Source: Bacilli bacterium (GTDB lineage Bacteria; Bacillota_I; Bacilli_A; RFN20; UBA1709). Taken from it: a stretch of DNA of 64,000 nt. Below are positions 37,613 through 48,426 of this stretch, one piece after another. A model generated the notes under the pieces. It did not search any database, had not been told where the DNA came from, and saw nothing but the letters and a program-made list of their open reading frames with translations. A program made the position numbers and the translations under genes. The stretch is from contig JBMNFL010000001.1 of the NCBI GenBank assembly GCA_050949315.1, forward strand, positions 128,001-192,000, read 5' to 3'. Position 1 is the first letter of the stretch, and every line of letters starts with the position of its first letter.

Positions 37613-38812
37613 ATGTTAAAATACGATGCCATTTTAATCCGCTTTGGTGAACTCAGTACCAAGGGGAAAAATAAAAAAGATTTTATAAAAAGGCTTTACG
37701 ACAACCTAAAGCTAGCTTTTAAAGATTTAGAAAGTGTGCGTTTTGAACGCAGCCGCGATCACATCTATTTATATCATGATTTAACTTTAACTGAGACAGT
37801 AATTGAAAGGTTAAAAGAAGTCAGTGGTATTATTAGTTTTTCTCGTGTTTTTCGGGTAGCAAGCGATTTAGAGGCAATTAAGGATGGGGCTTTAGAATTT
37901 GCCAAAATGCTGGATTTAAAAACTTTTAAGGTAAAGGCAAGACGCGCTGATAAAAGTTTTCCTGTTCATAGTGATGAACTCAATCGACATTGTGCGGGGA
38001 AGATTTTAGCCAATACTAGTTATCGCGTGGATGTGCATAATCCTGAATTACTATTAGAAATTGAAGTTCGGCAGGAAGGGACTTTTATTTATGGTGAGAA
38101 GATTAAAGGGGCCGGTGGTTATCCCTTAGGGGTAGCTGGCAAGGCTTTAGTTATGCTTTCAGGTGGCATTGATTCGCCTGTAGCCGCTTATTTAGCGATG
38201 AAAAGGGGTATTAAAATAGAGGCTATTCACTATGCTTCACCACCTTATACCAGTAACAAAGTTAAAGAGAAAATTACCGATATTTTAAAAGTTCTCAGCC
38301 GTCATCGTCTACCTATTAAACTGCATATCGTTCCTTTTACTAAAATTCAAGAGACAATTTATGAACAGGTGCCCGAAGCTTATGCCATCACCATTATGCG
38401 GCGAATGATGTATCGACTAGCTGAAAGACTTTGTTATAAGCGCAATTGTTTGGCAATTGTAAATGGTGAAAGTGTTGGCCAAGTTGCTTCGCAAACGCTA
38501 GTTAGTTTACGGACGATTAATGCCGTGACTAATTTACCAGTGCTTCGACCTTTAGCAACTATGGATAAATTAGATATCATTGAGCTTGCTCAAAAAATTG
38601 GCACCTATGAGATTTCAATTCGTCCCTATATTGATTGTTGTACGATTTTTAACCCCAAAAATCCGGTAACGCGTCCCGATATTACTAAAGTTGAAGAGTT
38701 TGAGAGTCGTTTTGATTTTCAAAGTTTGCTTTCAGAAGCCATCAAAAATGTTGAAAGCCTAACCATTGATGAGAATTATCAAGAAGTGCAGGATAGTGAT
38801 CAGTTTTTTTAG
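37613..38812 (+). CDS. thiI: tRNA 4-thiouridine(8) synthase
   Basis: RFGELSTKGKN, LSGGIDSPVA, GESVGQVASQTL, DCC. Confidence 0.96.
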   Translation: MLKYDAILIRFGELSTKGKNKKDFIKRLYDNLKLAFKDLESVRFERSRDHIYLYHDLTLTETVIERLKEVSGIISFSRVFRVASDLEAIKDGALEFAKMLDLKTFKVKARRADKSFPVHSDELNRHCAGKILANTSYRVDVHNPELLLEIEVRQEGTFIYGEKIKGAGGYPLGVAGKALVMLSGGIDSPVAAYLAMKRGIKIEAIHYASPPYTSNKVKEKITDILKVLSRHRLPIKLHIVPFTKIQETIYEQVPEAYAITIMRRMMYRLAERLCYKRNCLAIVNGESVGQVASQTLVSLRTINAVTNLPVLRPLATMDKLDIIELAQKIGTYEISIRPYIDCCTIFNPKNPVTRPDITKVEEFESRFDFQSLLSEAIKNVESLTIDENYQEVQDSDQFF

Positions 38813-38925
38813 AACTAAATTGTTTATTAGCGACTTTTGTTATTTTAATAACAATTTCGCCTTTAAGTATTGAATAACTGTGCCCCAAGTAGTAGAATGG
38901 GAAGTGTAATTTAGGAGGAATTGAT

Positions 38926-40113
38926 ATGTCAAAAATTATTGCAGTTAACGCTGGTAGTTCTTCACTTAAGTTCCAATTATATGAAATGCCAGCCGAAAAA
39001 GTTTTAGTCTCGGGTGTGATCGAGAAGATTGGTCTTGAACAATCGATCGTTACCATTAAACATGATGGTCAGAAAAAGGTCAGTGAGCCCGTTCTTCCCA
39101 CCCATAAGGAAGCCGTCAATGTCTTACTAAAGGCCTTATTAGAAGAGAAAATTGTTAAAGATTTAAAAGAAATCAATGGTGTTGGTCACCGCGTTGTTCA
39201 CGGTGGTGAATCTTTTGCCAAATCCGTGGTTATCAATGACAAAGTTGTGAAAACCATTGAAGTGTTAAGCGATTTAGCGCCGCTACACAATCCCGCCAAT
39301 TTAATTGGTTACAGGGCTTTTAAGGAAGCTTTACCAGGGGTTGGTCATGTGGCGGTTTTTGATACGGCCTTCCATCAAACCATGGCCCCTGATCGCTATG
39401 TTTATCCTTTACCTTATGAATATTATAAAGTTTTTAAAGTTCGGCACTATGGTTTCCATGGAACATCGCACCTTTATGTTTCGCAGCGGCTTAGAGAGAT
39501 AGATCCTAAGCATGGCAAACGCATCATTACCGCCCATATTGGAAATGGCGCTTCTTTAGCAGCAGTTTTAGATGGTAAATGTGTAGATACTTCTATGGGC
39601 TTTACACCACTTGGTGGGGTGATGATGGGAACAAGATCGGGTGATATGGATCCGGCTATTGTTACTTATCTAGCCAGCAAGACGGGTAAAACCGCGGATG
39701 AGATTGTCACTATTATGAATAAAAAGTCGGGATATCTCGGCGTTTCTGGAGTCTCTTCCGATGCTCGTGATGTAATGGATGCCATGGCTCAAGGCAACAA
39801 AAGAGCAGTGCTAGCAAGAAAAATTCATGTTAATACCATCTGCAACTATATTGGTCAATATTTTGTGGAACTCGGTGGTGTTGATGCTATCGTCTTTACC
39901 GCGGGTTTAGGTGAAAATGATATTGCCTTTAGAAAACTGGTTTGTGAACAGCTTGGTCCAGCCTTAGGTGTTAAACTTGACGAAAAGAAGAATAATTGCC
40001 GGGGCGAAGAAGTTGTAATTTCAACGCCGGATTCCAAGGTTAAAGTTTGGGTTATTCCGACCAATGAAGAAATTGTTATCGCTCGGGATACCATGCGTTT
40101 ACTAAAACTCTAA
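38926..40113 (+). CDS. ackA: Acetate kinase
   Basis: NAGSSSLKFQL, GHRVVHGG, LAPLHNP, YGFHGTSH, IPTNEE. Confidence 0.97.
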   Translation: MSKIIAVNAGSSSLKFQLYEMPAEKVLVSGVIEKIGLEQSIVTIKHDGQKKVSEPVLPTHKEAVNVLLKALLEEKIVKDLKEINGVGHRVVHGGESFAKSVVINDKVVKTIEVLSDLAPLHNPANLIGYRAFKEALPGVGHVAVFDTAFHQTMAPDRYVYPLPYEYYKVFKVRHYGFHGTSHLYVSQRLREIDPKHGKRIITAHIGNGASLAAVLDGKCVDTSMGFTPLGGVMMGTRSGDMDPAIVTYLASKTGKTADEIVTIMNKKSGYLGVSGVSSDARDVMDAMAQGNKRAVLARKIHVNTICNYIGQYFVELGGVDAIVFTAGLGENDIAFRKLVCEQLGPALGVKLDEKKNNCRGEEVVISTPDSKVKVWVIPTNEEIVIARDTMRLLKL

Positions 40114-40133
40114 TCAGTAGATAATTGATTGAT

Positions 40134-40162
40134 AAAGCTCATCTATTGGATGAGCTTTTTTG
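40134..40162 (+). terminator. ackA terminator
   Basis: AAAGCTCATC-loop-GATGAGCTTTTTT. Confidence 0.85.
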
Positions 40163-40241
40163 ATTGTTTTTATCGTAAAAATCCTAGTTAAAGACTTTAA
40201 CTAGTGGGAAAAATTCTGTATAATGGAAACGGGTGATTTTA

Positions 40242-41225
40242 ATGCGGATAAAAACAAAAATAAGCACAGCTATTTTAAAGGCCATTGAAGAGTATGACAC
40301 AATTATGATTTTCCGTCATACTTCACCAGATTTTGATGCCTTAGGTAGTCAGTTTGCTCTCCTTTACTGGTTGCGTCTTAATTTTCCAGATAAAAAGATC
40401 TATGTGCCGGGTTATTCTTATACCGAGGTTGGTCGCAACCTTTTTCCTAAGAACGATGTATTAAAAGATGAGGTCTTTGATCAACGCTTTTTAGCTATAA
40501 TTCTTGATACTTCCAATCATAGAAGAATCAGTGATGAACGTTATAAAAAGGCGGCTTATATCATTAAAATCGATCACCATCCCGATGGCGATGCTTATGG
40601 GGATATCAATTTAGTTATGCCGGAAGCCGGGGCGGCAGCCGAACTGCTTTATACCTTATTTAGGACCAAGGCTTTTAGAAAATATCCAATCCCCGATGAG
40701 GTTGCTCGTTATCTTTATGTAGGGATTGTTGGCGATACTGGGCGCTTTCAGTATTCGGCAGCGACGGCTCATACTTTAAAGTGTGCAGCTGAATTATATC
40801 AATATGATTTTGATCCTCAAAAAGATGTCTATTATCCAATTTATAACAAACCGCTCAGTGATTTTGAGGCGGTGCGTACCGTAATGAATAATTTTCGTCT
40901 TAGTGAAGATGGGGTGGCTTATTATATTTTGACTCAAAAGGAACTCGAACGTTTAAAAATTGATGCCGATGAAGGTAAGGCCTATCTCTATCTTTTCAAT
41001 TATTGTGATGAAATTTTGGTATGGTGTTCTTTCTGCGAAGATAAACGGCGAGGTGATTGGCGAGGCAGTCTACGTTCACGCGATGTCACCGTTAATGAGG
41101 TGGCCAGTCATTTTCGTGGTGGCGGGCATCGCTTAGCAGCCGGCTGTCGACCGAAAAATCGCCAAGAGATTAAACAATGTGTTGCCGAACTAGGTCAAGA
41201 AATTAAAAAAATGGGAGTAAAATAA
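40242..41225 (+). CDS. nrnA: DHH family bifunctional oligoribonuclease/pAp phosphatase
   Basis: RHTSPDFDALGSQ, IDHHP, GDTGRF, GGGHRLAAG. Confidence 0.9.
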   Translation: MRIKTKISTAILKAIEEYDTIMIFRHTSPDFDALGSQFALLYWLRLNFPDKKIYVPGYSYTEVGRNLFPKNDVLKDEVFDQRFLAIILDTSNHRRISDERYKKAAYIIKIDHHPDGDAYGDINLVMPEAGAAAELLYTLFRTKAFRKYPIPDEVARYLYVGIVGDTGRFQYSAATAHTLKCAAELYQYDFDPQKDVYYPIYNKPLSDFEAVRTVMNNFRLSEDGVAYYILTQKELERLKIDADEGKAYLYLFNYCDEILVWCSFCEDKRRGDWRGSLRSRDVTVNEVASHFRGGGHRLAAGCRPKNRQEIKQCVAELGQEIKKMGVK

Positions 41226-44200
41226 ATGGCTTTTGTCAATCTCAATGTAAAAAGTGGCTATAGTTTTCTAAAAAGCACTCTAAAAATCGAGGATATTGTT
41301 AGTTATGGAAGTTTAAATAACTTCTCTTATTTAGGCTTGACTGATCAAAACGCCTTATTTGGAGCGCCGGCCTTTGTTAAGGCCTGTAAGAGAGCGAATA
41401 TCAAGGCCATCATTGGGATGGAAGTTTATATATTGGAGAAAGATGAGGCTAGTTATCCTTTGGTTCTGTTAGTTAAAAACGCCACAGGCTATCGAAATTT
41501 GTGTTATTTTACTAGTCTTGTCTCCAAGGATAAGTTAACGACTGCTTTAAAGTATAGCGATTTAAGTGATAAAACTGATGGTTTAATTGCTATTTTACCG
41601 ATGGCGCGCAGTTGTTATCGGAATTTAGATAGTAAAGATAAAAAAGCTTATTTAACTAATTTCCAACATTATTTTTCTGATTTTTATCTCGGTTTGGAAT
41701 ACTATGAGGAAGCGGATGCTAAGTTGAATGAGGAACTACGTCTACTCCATTATCCTAAAACAGTTTTAAATGAGGTTAGAGCCTCAAGTTCTAGTGATTT
41801 AAAATATCTTGATATTTTACGAGCCATTGATTTAGGAACAACCTTAGATAATTTGCCTGAAGAGAATAAGGCCTATCGTTATTTCCGTAAAGAAGAGGAA
41901 CTAGCTTTCTATTTTAGTAAGGAAGAGTTAGAAAGTACGGAAAAAATTGCCGCCAGTTGTCAATTTGATATCCATGAAGTTCAGGCAAAACTGGTGAGTT
42001 ATCCTTTAGATGAAGGTATTGAAGCTGAAGCCTATTTACGGGCTCTTTGTAACAAAGGACTAAATAAACGTTTCAATAATCGTCCAAGTGTTAATTATCA
42101 AAAACGTTTGGCTTATGAGTTAGATGTCATTATTAAAATGGGCTTTACCAATTACTTTTTAGTAGTTTGGGATTATGTGCGCTTTGCAAAAAAATCAGGT
42201 ATTTTAGTTGGCCCAGGGCGGGGGAGTGGCTCGGGTAGTTTAGTGGCTTATGCTTTAGGGATAACCAATGTTGACCCCTTAAAATATGATCTTTTATTTG
42301 AGCGTTTTTTAAATCCTGAGCGCATCACAATGCCGGATCTTGATATTGATTTTATTGATACTCGTCGTGATGAGGTTTTTAAATACTTAATCAACAAATA
42401 TGGTCAAGATCGCACGGCTCATGTTATCGCTTTCCAGACTTTTGGCGTTCGCCAGGCTTTAAGAGATGCGGCCAAGGTTTTGGGTTTACCACTTTATGAG
42501 GTTGATAGTTTTGCTAAGAAAATTCCCAATCTTTACAGTGATTATTCTTTAGTTAAGATTGTTGATAAATCTCCCTCTTTTAAGTCCTTAATCAATAGTA
42601 ACAGCAAATATCAGCAGGTTTATGAAGTGGCTCTTCATCTAGAAGGTTTACCAAGACAAAGCACCATTCATGCGGCAGGTATGGTTATTACTGACAGCCT
42701 TTTAACGGATGTAACACCAATTTATTGTCCCACTTCCGATTTAATAAGCACCCAATATGACCTAAATCATTTAGAGGAATTTGGTTTACTTAAAATGGAT
42801 ATTCTTGGTTTAAAAAACTTAGGTATTCTTGATGATTGTGCCAAGATGATTGCAAGCACCTATCAAAGAAAACTAGATTTTTTAAGCCTGGACTTAGATG
42901 ATCCTAATATTTATAAACTGATAAGTAGTACGAAAACGGCTGGACTTTTCCAATTAGAAAGTCCGGGGATGAAAAGAGCCATCAGTTTAATTAAACCCAA
43001 TAGTTTTGCCGATGTTTATGCCTTAATTGCCCTTTTCCGTCCTGGACCGATGGATTCAATTAAAACCTATGCCCTAAGGAAACAAGGAAAAGAAGCAGTT
43101 ACTTATCTAGATCCAATTTTAGAAGATATTCTCAAACCAACCTATGGCATCATCATTTATCAAGAACAAATAATGCAGATTTTAGTTAAAATGGCGGGCT
43201 TTAGTTATGCCCAAGCCGATTTGGTGCGCCGAGCGATTAGTAAGAAAAAAGCCACTGAATTGGCTTCTATTGAAAAGGACTTTTTAGCAGGAGCCATAAA
43301 AAAGGGGCATGCTAAGAAAAAGGCCCAGCAAGTCTTTGATTTAATTCTTCAATTTGCGGGTTATGGTTTTAATAAGGCCCATTCTGTAGCCTATGCCATG
43401 TTGACGGTCTGGATGGCCTATATCAAGTATTATTATCCAGCCATCTTTTATGTCGCTCTTTTGAATACTTTTGCTAGCGATCAAAAACTCAGTGAATACT
43501 ATACCGAAATTAAGAATAGCAAGCTCAAAATTTTAGGACCATCTATCAATAAGTCTAGAGAATATTTCTATGTAGAAGATGATAAAATTCGTTTCTCTTT
43601 GGCGAGCATTAAAGGTTTAACACCAGGGTCTTTGAAAATTATATTTGAGGCCAGAAAATCGGGCTCTTTTGCGAGTTTTGCCGATTTTGTGCTTAGAGTT
43701 CAAGCCTTTGGTTTAGGAGAAAAAGCGATTAAGCTTCTAATTTATGCGGGGGCCTTTGATGAATTTGCAATCAATAGGACAACCTTGAGTAAGAATTTGA
43801 AAACTTATTTAGCTTATGCTTCCATCACTAGTTCACTAATCGATGGTCAATTGAGTTTTGATAGCAGTTTAGCAGAAGCTCCTAAGATGCAAATTTATCC
43901 TAAGAATAGCATTGAAGAGAGTAACCTTGAAAAGCAACTCTTGGGCCTATATTTAACCTCTTTCCCTTTAGAAGAAAAAAGGGAGGAATTAAAAAAGGCG
44001 GGTTTTATAACAGTTGAGCAAGCCTTATTAAGAGAGGGTACAGTAAAATTAGTTCTTTTGTTTAGTCGCTGTCGAGCCGTCAAAACTAAAAGAGGCGATT
44101 ATATGTTGCGCTCAGTCGCTAGCGATGAGAGTGGTGAAATTAATGTTATCGTTTTCCCTAATGAATATCAAAAATATGAATTATTGCTAAAAAGTGGCAA

Positions 44201-44303
44201 CTATCTTCAAGTTTTAGCTAAAATTGAACAGAGCAATAATGGCATTAATCTTGTATTAAGACAGGCTAAAATCTATAATTTAAAGGAGGATGAAAGTGTA
44301 TGA
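41226..44303 (+). CDS. dnaE: DNA polymerase III alpha subunit (DnaE)
   Basis: GPGRGSGSGSL, FERFLNPERITMPDLDIDF, YQEQIMQ, GFNKAHS. Confidence 0.97.
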   Translation: MAFVNLNVKSGYSFLKSTLKIEDIVSYGSLNNFSYLGLTDQNALFGAPAFVKACKRANIKAIIGMEVYILEKDEASYPLVLLVKNATGYRNLCYFTSLVSKDKLTTALKYSDLSDKTDGLIAILPMARSCYRNLDSKDKKAYLTNFQHYFSDFYLGLEYYEEADAKLNEELRLLHYPKTVLNEVRASSSSDLKYLDILRAIDLGTTLDNLPEENKAYRYFRKEEELAFYFSKEELESTEKIAASCQFDIHEVQAKLVSYPLDEGIEAEAYLRALCNKGLNKRFNNRPSVNYQKRLAYELDVIIKMGFTNYFLVVWDYVRFAKKSGILVGPGRGSGSGSLVAYALGITNVDPLKYDLLFERFLNPERITMPDLDIDFIDTRRDEVFKYLINKYGQDRTAHVIAFQTFGVRQALRDAAKVLGLPLYEVDSFAKKIPNLYSDYSLVKIVDKSPSFKSLINSNSKYQQVYEVALHLEGLPRQSTIHAAGMVITDSLLTDVTPIYCPTSDLISTQYDLNHLEEFGLLKMDILGLKNLGILDDCAKMIASTYQRKLDFLSLDLDDPNIYKLISSTKTAGLFQLESPGMKRAISLIKPNSFADVYALIALFRPGPMDSIKTYALRKQGKEAVTYLDPILEDILKPTYGIIIYQEQIMQILVKMAGFSYAQADLVRRAISKKKATELASIEKDFLAGAIKKGHAKKKAQQVFDLILQFAGYGFNKAHSVAYAMLTVWMAYIKYYYPAIFYVALLNTFASDQKLSEYYTEIKNSKLKILGPSINKSREYFYVEDDKIRFSLASIKGLTPGSLKIIFEARKSGSFASFADFVLRVQAFGLGEKAIKLLIYAGAFDEFAINRTTLSKNLKTYLAYASITSSLIDGQLSFDSSLAEAPKMQIYPKNSIEESNLEKQLLGLYLTSFPLEEKREELKKAGFITVEQALLREGTVKLVLLFSRCRAVKTKRGDYMLRSVASDESGEINVIVFPNEYQKYELLLKSGNYLQVLAKIEQSNNGINLVLRQAKIYNLKEDESV

Positions 44304-46885
44304 AATTGGTATTAATTGATGGCAATTCCTTGTTGTTTAGAGCATATTATGCCACCTCGTATCGTGGGAATTTAATGACGACCAAGGCCGGTCAACCCAC
44401 CAATGCGGTTTACGCTCTTTCCAATCTTCTTACTAAAATTTTAGCCGATGAGAGTCCTGATTATGCGCTCGTAGCTTTTGATACTGGGGCTCCGACTTTT
44501 CGCCACCAAGAATATGAAGAGTACAAAGCTGGTCGTAAAGAGGCCCCCGAAGAACTTAAAAGTCAATTTCTCTTAGCTCGCGAGCTGGTTCAAAACCTTG
44601 GGTTTTTTTGTTATGAAAAAGATGGTTATGAGGCCGATGATATCATTGGAACCTTAGCTAAACGCGGGTCTGAACAGAATTTAGCGGTTAAAATTTATTC
44701 TGGCGATCGTGATTTGTTGCAACTGATAGATGAAAAGACCACGGTTTGTTTAACCAAAAAAGGGGTTAGTGATTTACAACTCATGGATGAGACATCTTTA
44801 CTGAACAGTTTAGGTTTGAAGCCTTCGCAGATTACCGATTTAAAGGGTTTAATGGGCGATGCTAGTGATAATATTCCTGGCGTCTATGGTGTTGGCGAAA
44901 AGACCGCTTTGAAATTATTAAGTGAATATGGTAGTTTAGAACAAGTTTTAGAAGCCGATATTGCCGGAAAACTTGGGGAAAGAATTAAAGAACAAAAAGA
45001 GCAGGCTCGAAAGTCTAAACATTTAGCCACAATCAATTGTGCGGTGCCTTTAGATTTTGAAGTTACTGCCCTTAAATATCAAGGGCCAAAAGTTTTGGAA
45101 CTAAGGGAATTATATAGTCGTTTAGAAATGTTTAGTCTACTTAAAAAAATACCCGAAGTCGAAGTTGAAAAAACAGTTGAGGAAATTGATTATCAGCTCG
45201 TTAAAGAAGTACCAGCGACCTTTTTAAAGGCAGGTTTAGCTTTGACAATGGCAGTTAATGGTAACAACTATCACCGCGATGAGTTGGTAGGCTTAGCCCT
45301 AAGCGATGGCAAGGATAGTTATTTTATTGCAAGTGCCGACTTAGCTAAAGATAAAAAATTAAGCGCTTATCTTGCAAACCCCAGTTTAAAGAAAAAGGCC
45401 TTTGATCTTAAAAAACTGGTCGTTAGTTTGAAACGATTAGGGATTGAACTTAAAGGTGTAGATTTTGATTTGCTACTGGCTACTTACTTACTCCAATCCT
45501 CCCTAAAGGAAGAAGCAGCTTTTATCTATGATTACTATGGAGTTAATCTGCCCTTAGAGAGCAGTATTTATCAGAAGAGAAAATATGACTTGGCCGAGGT
45601 GGCTCATTACAGTTGTCTTCAGGTTCAAAAACTTGGCGTTTTAGAAATTGAGGCCAGAAAGCAACTAAAGGCTATTGATTGTGAAAGACTCTTAGATGAG
45701 ATTGAAATTCCCGTGGCTTTTATATTAGCGAAAATGGAAATAGCCGGTATTCGCTTAGATTGTGATTTGTTAGCTAAGAAGTCCGAACTCATCAGTCAAA
45801 AACTTGAATCTTTAACTAAAGAAATTCATGATTTAGCGGGCCGCACTTATAATATTCAATCGCCTCAGCAAACGGCGGAAATTTTGTTTGATGAACTTAA
45901 ATTACCGGCTAATCGCAAGCGTTCAACCTCGGCTAATGAATTGTCATTATTGATTGATCAGCATCCCATTGTTCGCAAGATCTTAGAATATCGTCAGTAT
46001 GCTAAACTTTTGAGTGTTTATTTCCAAGGTTTACCAAATTATGTCTTAGAGGATGGTAAAATTCATACCATCTATAATCAGGCTTTGACCCAGACAGGAC
46101 GTCTATCTTCAAGAGATCCTAATCTACAAAATGTTTCAATTCGCAGTGCCGAGGGTAAAGAGGTGCGTAAAGCCTTTGTCTCTTCGCAAGATGGTTATTA
46201 TATCTTATCTTTTGATTATTCCCAGATTGAACTCAGGGTTCTAGCCGAGATGGCTCAGTCAAAGTCTTTAATTGAGGCCTTTAATCGGGGCGCTGATCCC
46301 CATAAAGAAACCGCGATGCGGATTTTTGGAGTCAAAGAAGAAGAGGTGACTGCCTCCATGCGTCGAGAAGCCAAAATTGTCAATTTTGGAATCATTTATG
46401 GTATGTCCGATTGGGGTTTAGCTGAAGAGTTAGGCATTGATGTGGCTACCGCTAAGAATTTTATTCGTTTGTATTATGAACAATACCCAGAGATTCGCGA
46501 ATATTTTGATAGAGTCATTGCCGATTGTCAGGAAAACGGCTATGTGAAGACCTGGTATGGACGGATTCGTTATGTTCCCGAAATCAAACAGCGCAATTAT
46601 AATGTTCGTGAATTTGGTAAGCGCGTGGCGATGAATACACCCATTCAAGGAACTGCGGCTGATATAATGAAATTAGCGATGATTAAAGTTGATAAAATTC
46701 TAACTAGTAATAAGTTTAAGAGTAGATTACTATTACAAATTCATGATGAGTTAGTTTTTGAAGTTCCTTATGAAGAATTGCTAGAGGTCATTAAACTAGT
46801 CAAAGAGGCACTTGAGGACTTCCCAGAATTTAAAGTTCAGTTAAAGGCCAACTATAATTATGGTTTTAGTTGGTTTGCTGATTAG
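44300..46885 (+). CDS. polA: DNA polymerase I
   Basis: LIDGNSLLFRAYY, TGRLSSRDPNLQN, DYSQIELR, NFGIIYG, LQIHDELVFE. Confidence 0.97.
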   Translation: MKLVLIDGNSLLFRAYYATSYRGNLMTTKAGQPTNAVYALSNLLTKILADESPDYALVAFDTGAPTFRHQEYEEYKAGRKEAPEELKSQFLLARELVQNLGFFCYEKDGYEADDIIGTLAKRGSEQNLAVKIYSGDRDLLQLIDEKTTVCLTKKGVSDLQLMDETSLLNSLGLKPSQITDLKGLMGDASDNIPGVYGVGEKTALKLLSEYGSLEQVLEADIAGKLGERIKEQKEQARKSKHLATINCAVPLDFEVTALKYQGPKVLELRELYSRLEMFSLLKKIPEVEVEKTVEEIDYQLVKEVPATFLKAGLALTMAVNGNNYHRDELVGLALSDGKDSYFIASADLAKDKKLSAYLANPSLKKKAFDLKKLVVSLKRLGIELKGVDFDLLLATYLLQSSLKEEAAFIYDYYGVNLPLESSIYQKRKYDLAEVAHYSCLQVQKLGVLEIEARKQLKAIDCERLLDEIEIPVAFILAKMEIAGIRLDCDLLAKKSELISQKLESLTKEIHDLAGRTYNIQSPQQTAEILFDELKLPANRKRSTSANELSLLIDQHPIVRKILEYRQYAKLLSVYFQGLPNYVLEDGKIHTIYNQALTQTGRLSSRDPNLQNVSIRSAEGKEVRKAFVSSQDGYYILSFDYSQIELRVLAEMAQSKSLIEAFNRGADPHKETAMRIFGVKEEEVTASMRREAKIVNFGIIYGMSDWGLAEELGIDVATAKNFIRLYYEQYPEIREYFDRVIADCQENGYVKTWYGRIRYVPEIKQRNYNVREFGKRVAMNTPIQGTAADIMKLAMIKVDKILTSNKFKSRLLLQIHDELVFEVPYEELLEVIKLVKEALEDFPEFKVQLKANYNYGFSWFAD

Positions 46886-46896
46886 GAGTTTTGCTT

Positions 46897-48384
46897 ATGC
46901 CAGAATTACCAGAAGTCGAGACCGTTAGAAAGGTATTATTAAGTTGGACTAAAGGAAAGAAAGTCCAGAAAATTCAGGTACTTTTTCCCACTCTTTTAGC
47001 TAACAGTTCTGTTAGTGATTTTTGTTCAGCATTAGTTGGACAAAAGCTTTTGGATATTGAGCGTTATGGGAAGTTTTTGATCTTTAAATTCGAAGAAAAA
47101 ATTCTGTTATCACATTTAAGGATGGAAGGTAAATACTACCTAGCACATTATGAAAATAGCAGTTACCAAAAGGGATTGACCTATCAGCCCGAAGAAGAAG
47201 ATAGCAAATTCAATAAGCATGTGCATTTAGTTTTTGAGTTTACCGATGAGAGTCTACTTCTTTATCACGATGTCCGCAAATTTGGGCGTTTCTACTTATT
47301 TACTTATAACGACTATTTAACTAATCCGCGTTCGCCTCTAGTCAAACTTGGTCATGAGCCATTTAATGAAAAAGATGGGACTTATCTTTATAGTAAGGCT
47401 CAGAAATTTAAAAAGACCACTAAAGAATTGTTGCTGGATCAAAGTGTTTTAGTGGGTATTGGGAATATTTATGCAGATGAAATTTGCTTTTTAGCTAAGA
47501 TTCCACCCCAAAAATCGGCTTTTACTTTGACGAAGGAAGATTGCGATTTATTAGTAAGTAAAACTCAAGAAGTCTTAAATAAAGCCCTTGAACTAGGCGG
47601 TTCGACCGTGCGCTCATATCATTTTGCAAATGATGCCTCTGGGCGTTTTCAAAATGAGTTGAATGTCTATGGTAGGGAAGGGGAACCTTGTTATTTATGT
47701 GGGACACCGATTAGTAAAACTAAGATTGGTGGCCGTGGCACCCACTTTTGTGCTCATTGCCAACAAGAACTACCCTCTAAAAAGATTAGGGTAATTGGTG
47801 TCACCGGTTTAATTAGTGCCGGCAAATCAATGGTTAGTTCGGCTTTTCAAAAAGCCGGTTATCACTTGGTTGATGCTGATCAAATTGCTAAAGATTGTTT
47901 GGTAAAAGGCGAATCCTGTTATCAAAAGGTGCTTGAGACTTTTGGAAGAGAAATCCTAAGAAGTGACGGAGAAATTGAGCGTTCTAAACTAAGAGAAATT
48001 GTCGTTAAGGATGAGGTGGCTCTAACTAAACTTAATAGTCTAATTCATCCTGAAGTTGAGGCGGTGATTGTTGAAAAGATAAAGGATGAAAGAAAATGTT
48101 TTCTCTTGGATGTTCCTTTACTTTTCGAAGCAGGTCTTGATAAACTCTGTGACTTAACGATTTTTGTTAATACCCATGAAAAGGTTAGGCGCAAGCGTTT
48201 AATCGCTCGTGGTACTATGCCTTTAAAAGAGGCAGCCAAGTTAAACAGTTCTTTGCTAGAAGCTATTAAAAAAATGGCAAAAGTCGATGTTATTATCGAT
48301 AATTCCTTAACTAGAGAAGCTACAGATTTTCAGGTTAAGTCCTTAATTGAAAAGATTCGTCAGTTAAATTTAATATCAAAATAA
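46897..48384 (+). CDS. mutM-coaE: Fused formamidopyrimidine-DNA glycosylase (MutM) and dephospho-CoA kinase (CoaE)
   Basis: MPELPEVE, SHLRMEG, GIGNIYADE and FCAHCQ zinc finger, followed in frame by VIGVTGLISAGKS, VDADQIAK, LIHPEV, DVPLLFE. Confidence 0.9.
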   Translation: MPELPEVETVRKVLLSWTKGKKVQKIQVLFPTLLANSSVSDFCSALVGQKLLDIERYGKFLIFKFEEKILLSHLRMEGKYYLAHYENSSYQKGLTYQPEEEDSKFNKHVHLVFEFTDESLLLYHDVRKFGRFYLFTYNDYLTNPRSPLVKLGHEPFNEKDGTYLYSKAQKFKKTTKELLLDQSVLVGIGNIYADEICFLAKIPPQKSAFTLTKEDCDLLVSKTQEVLNKALELGGSTVRSYHFANDASGRFQNELNVYGREGEPCYLCGTPISKTKIGGRGTHFCAHCQQELPSKKIRVIGVTGLISAGKSMVSSAFQKAGYHLVDADQIAKDCLVKGESCYQKVLETFGREILRSDGEIERSKLREIVVKDEVALTKLNSLIHPEVEAVIVEKIKDERKCFLLDVPLLFEAGLDKLCDLTIFVNTHEKVRRKRLIARGTMPLKEAAKLNSSLLEAIKKMAKVDVIIDNSLTREATDFQVKSLIEKIRQLNLISK

Positions 48385-48426
48385 CTTTGATTATGCTATA
48401 ATCAATAATTAATTGGATGGGGTGTT

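Noticed and set aside
41226-41400. DnaE PHP domain lacks metal-binding histidines (FVNLNVKSGYS)
   Set aside because: A degenerate PHP domain is an established feature of DnaE in PolC-containing Firmicutes.
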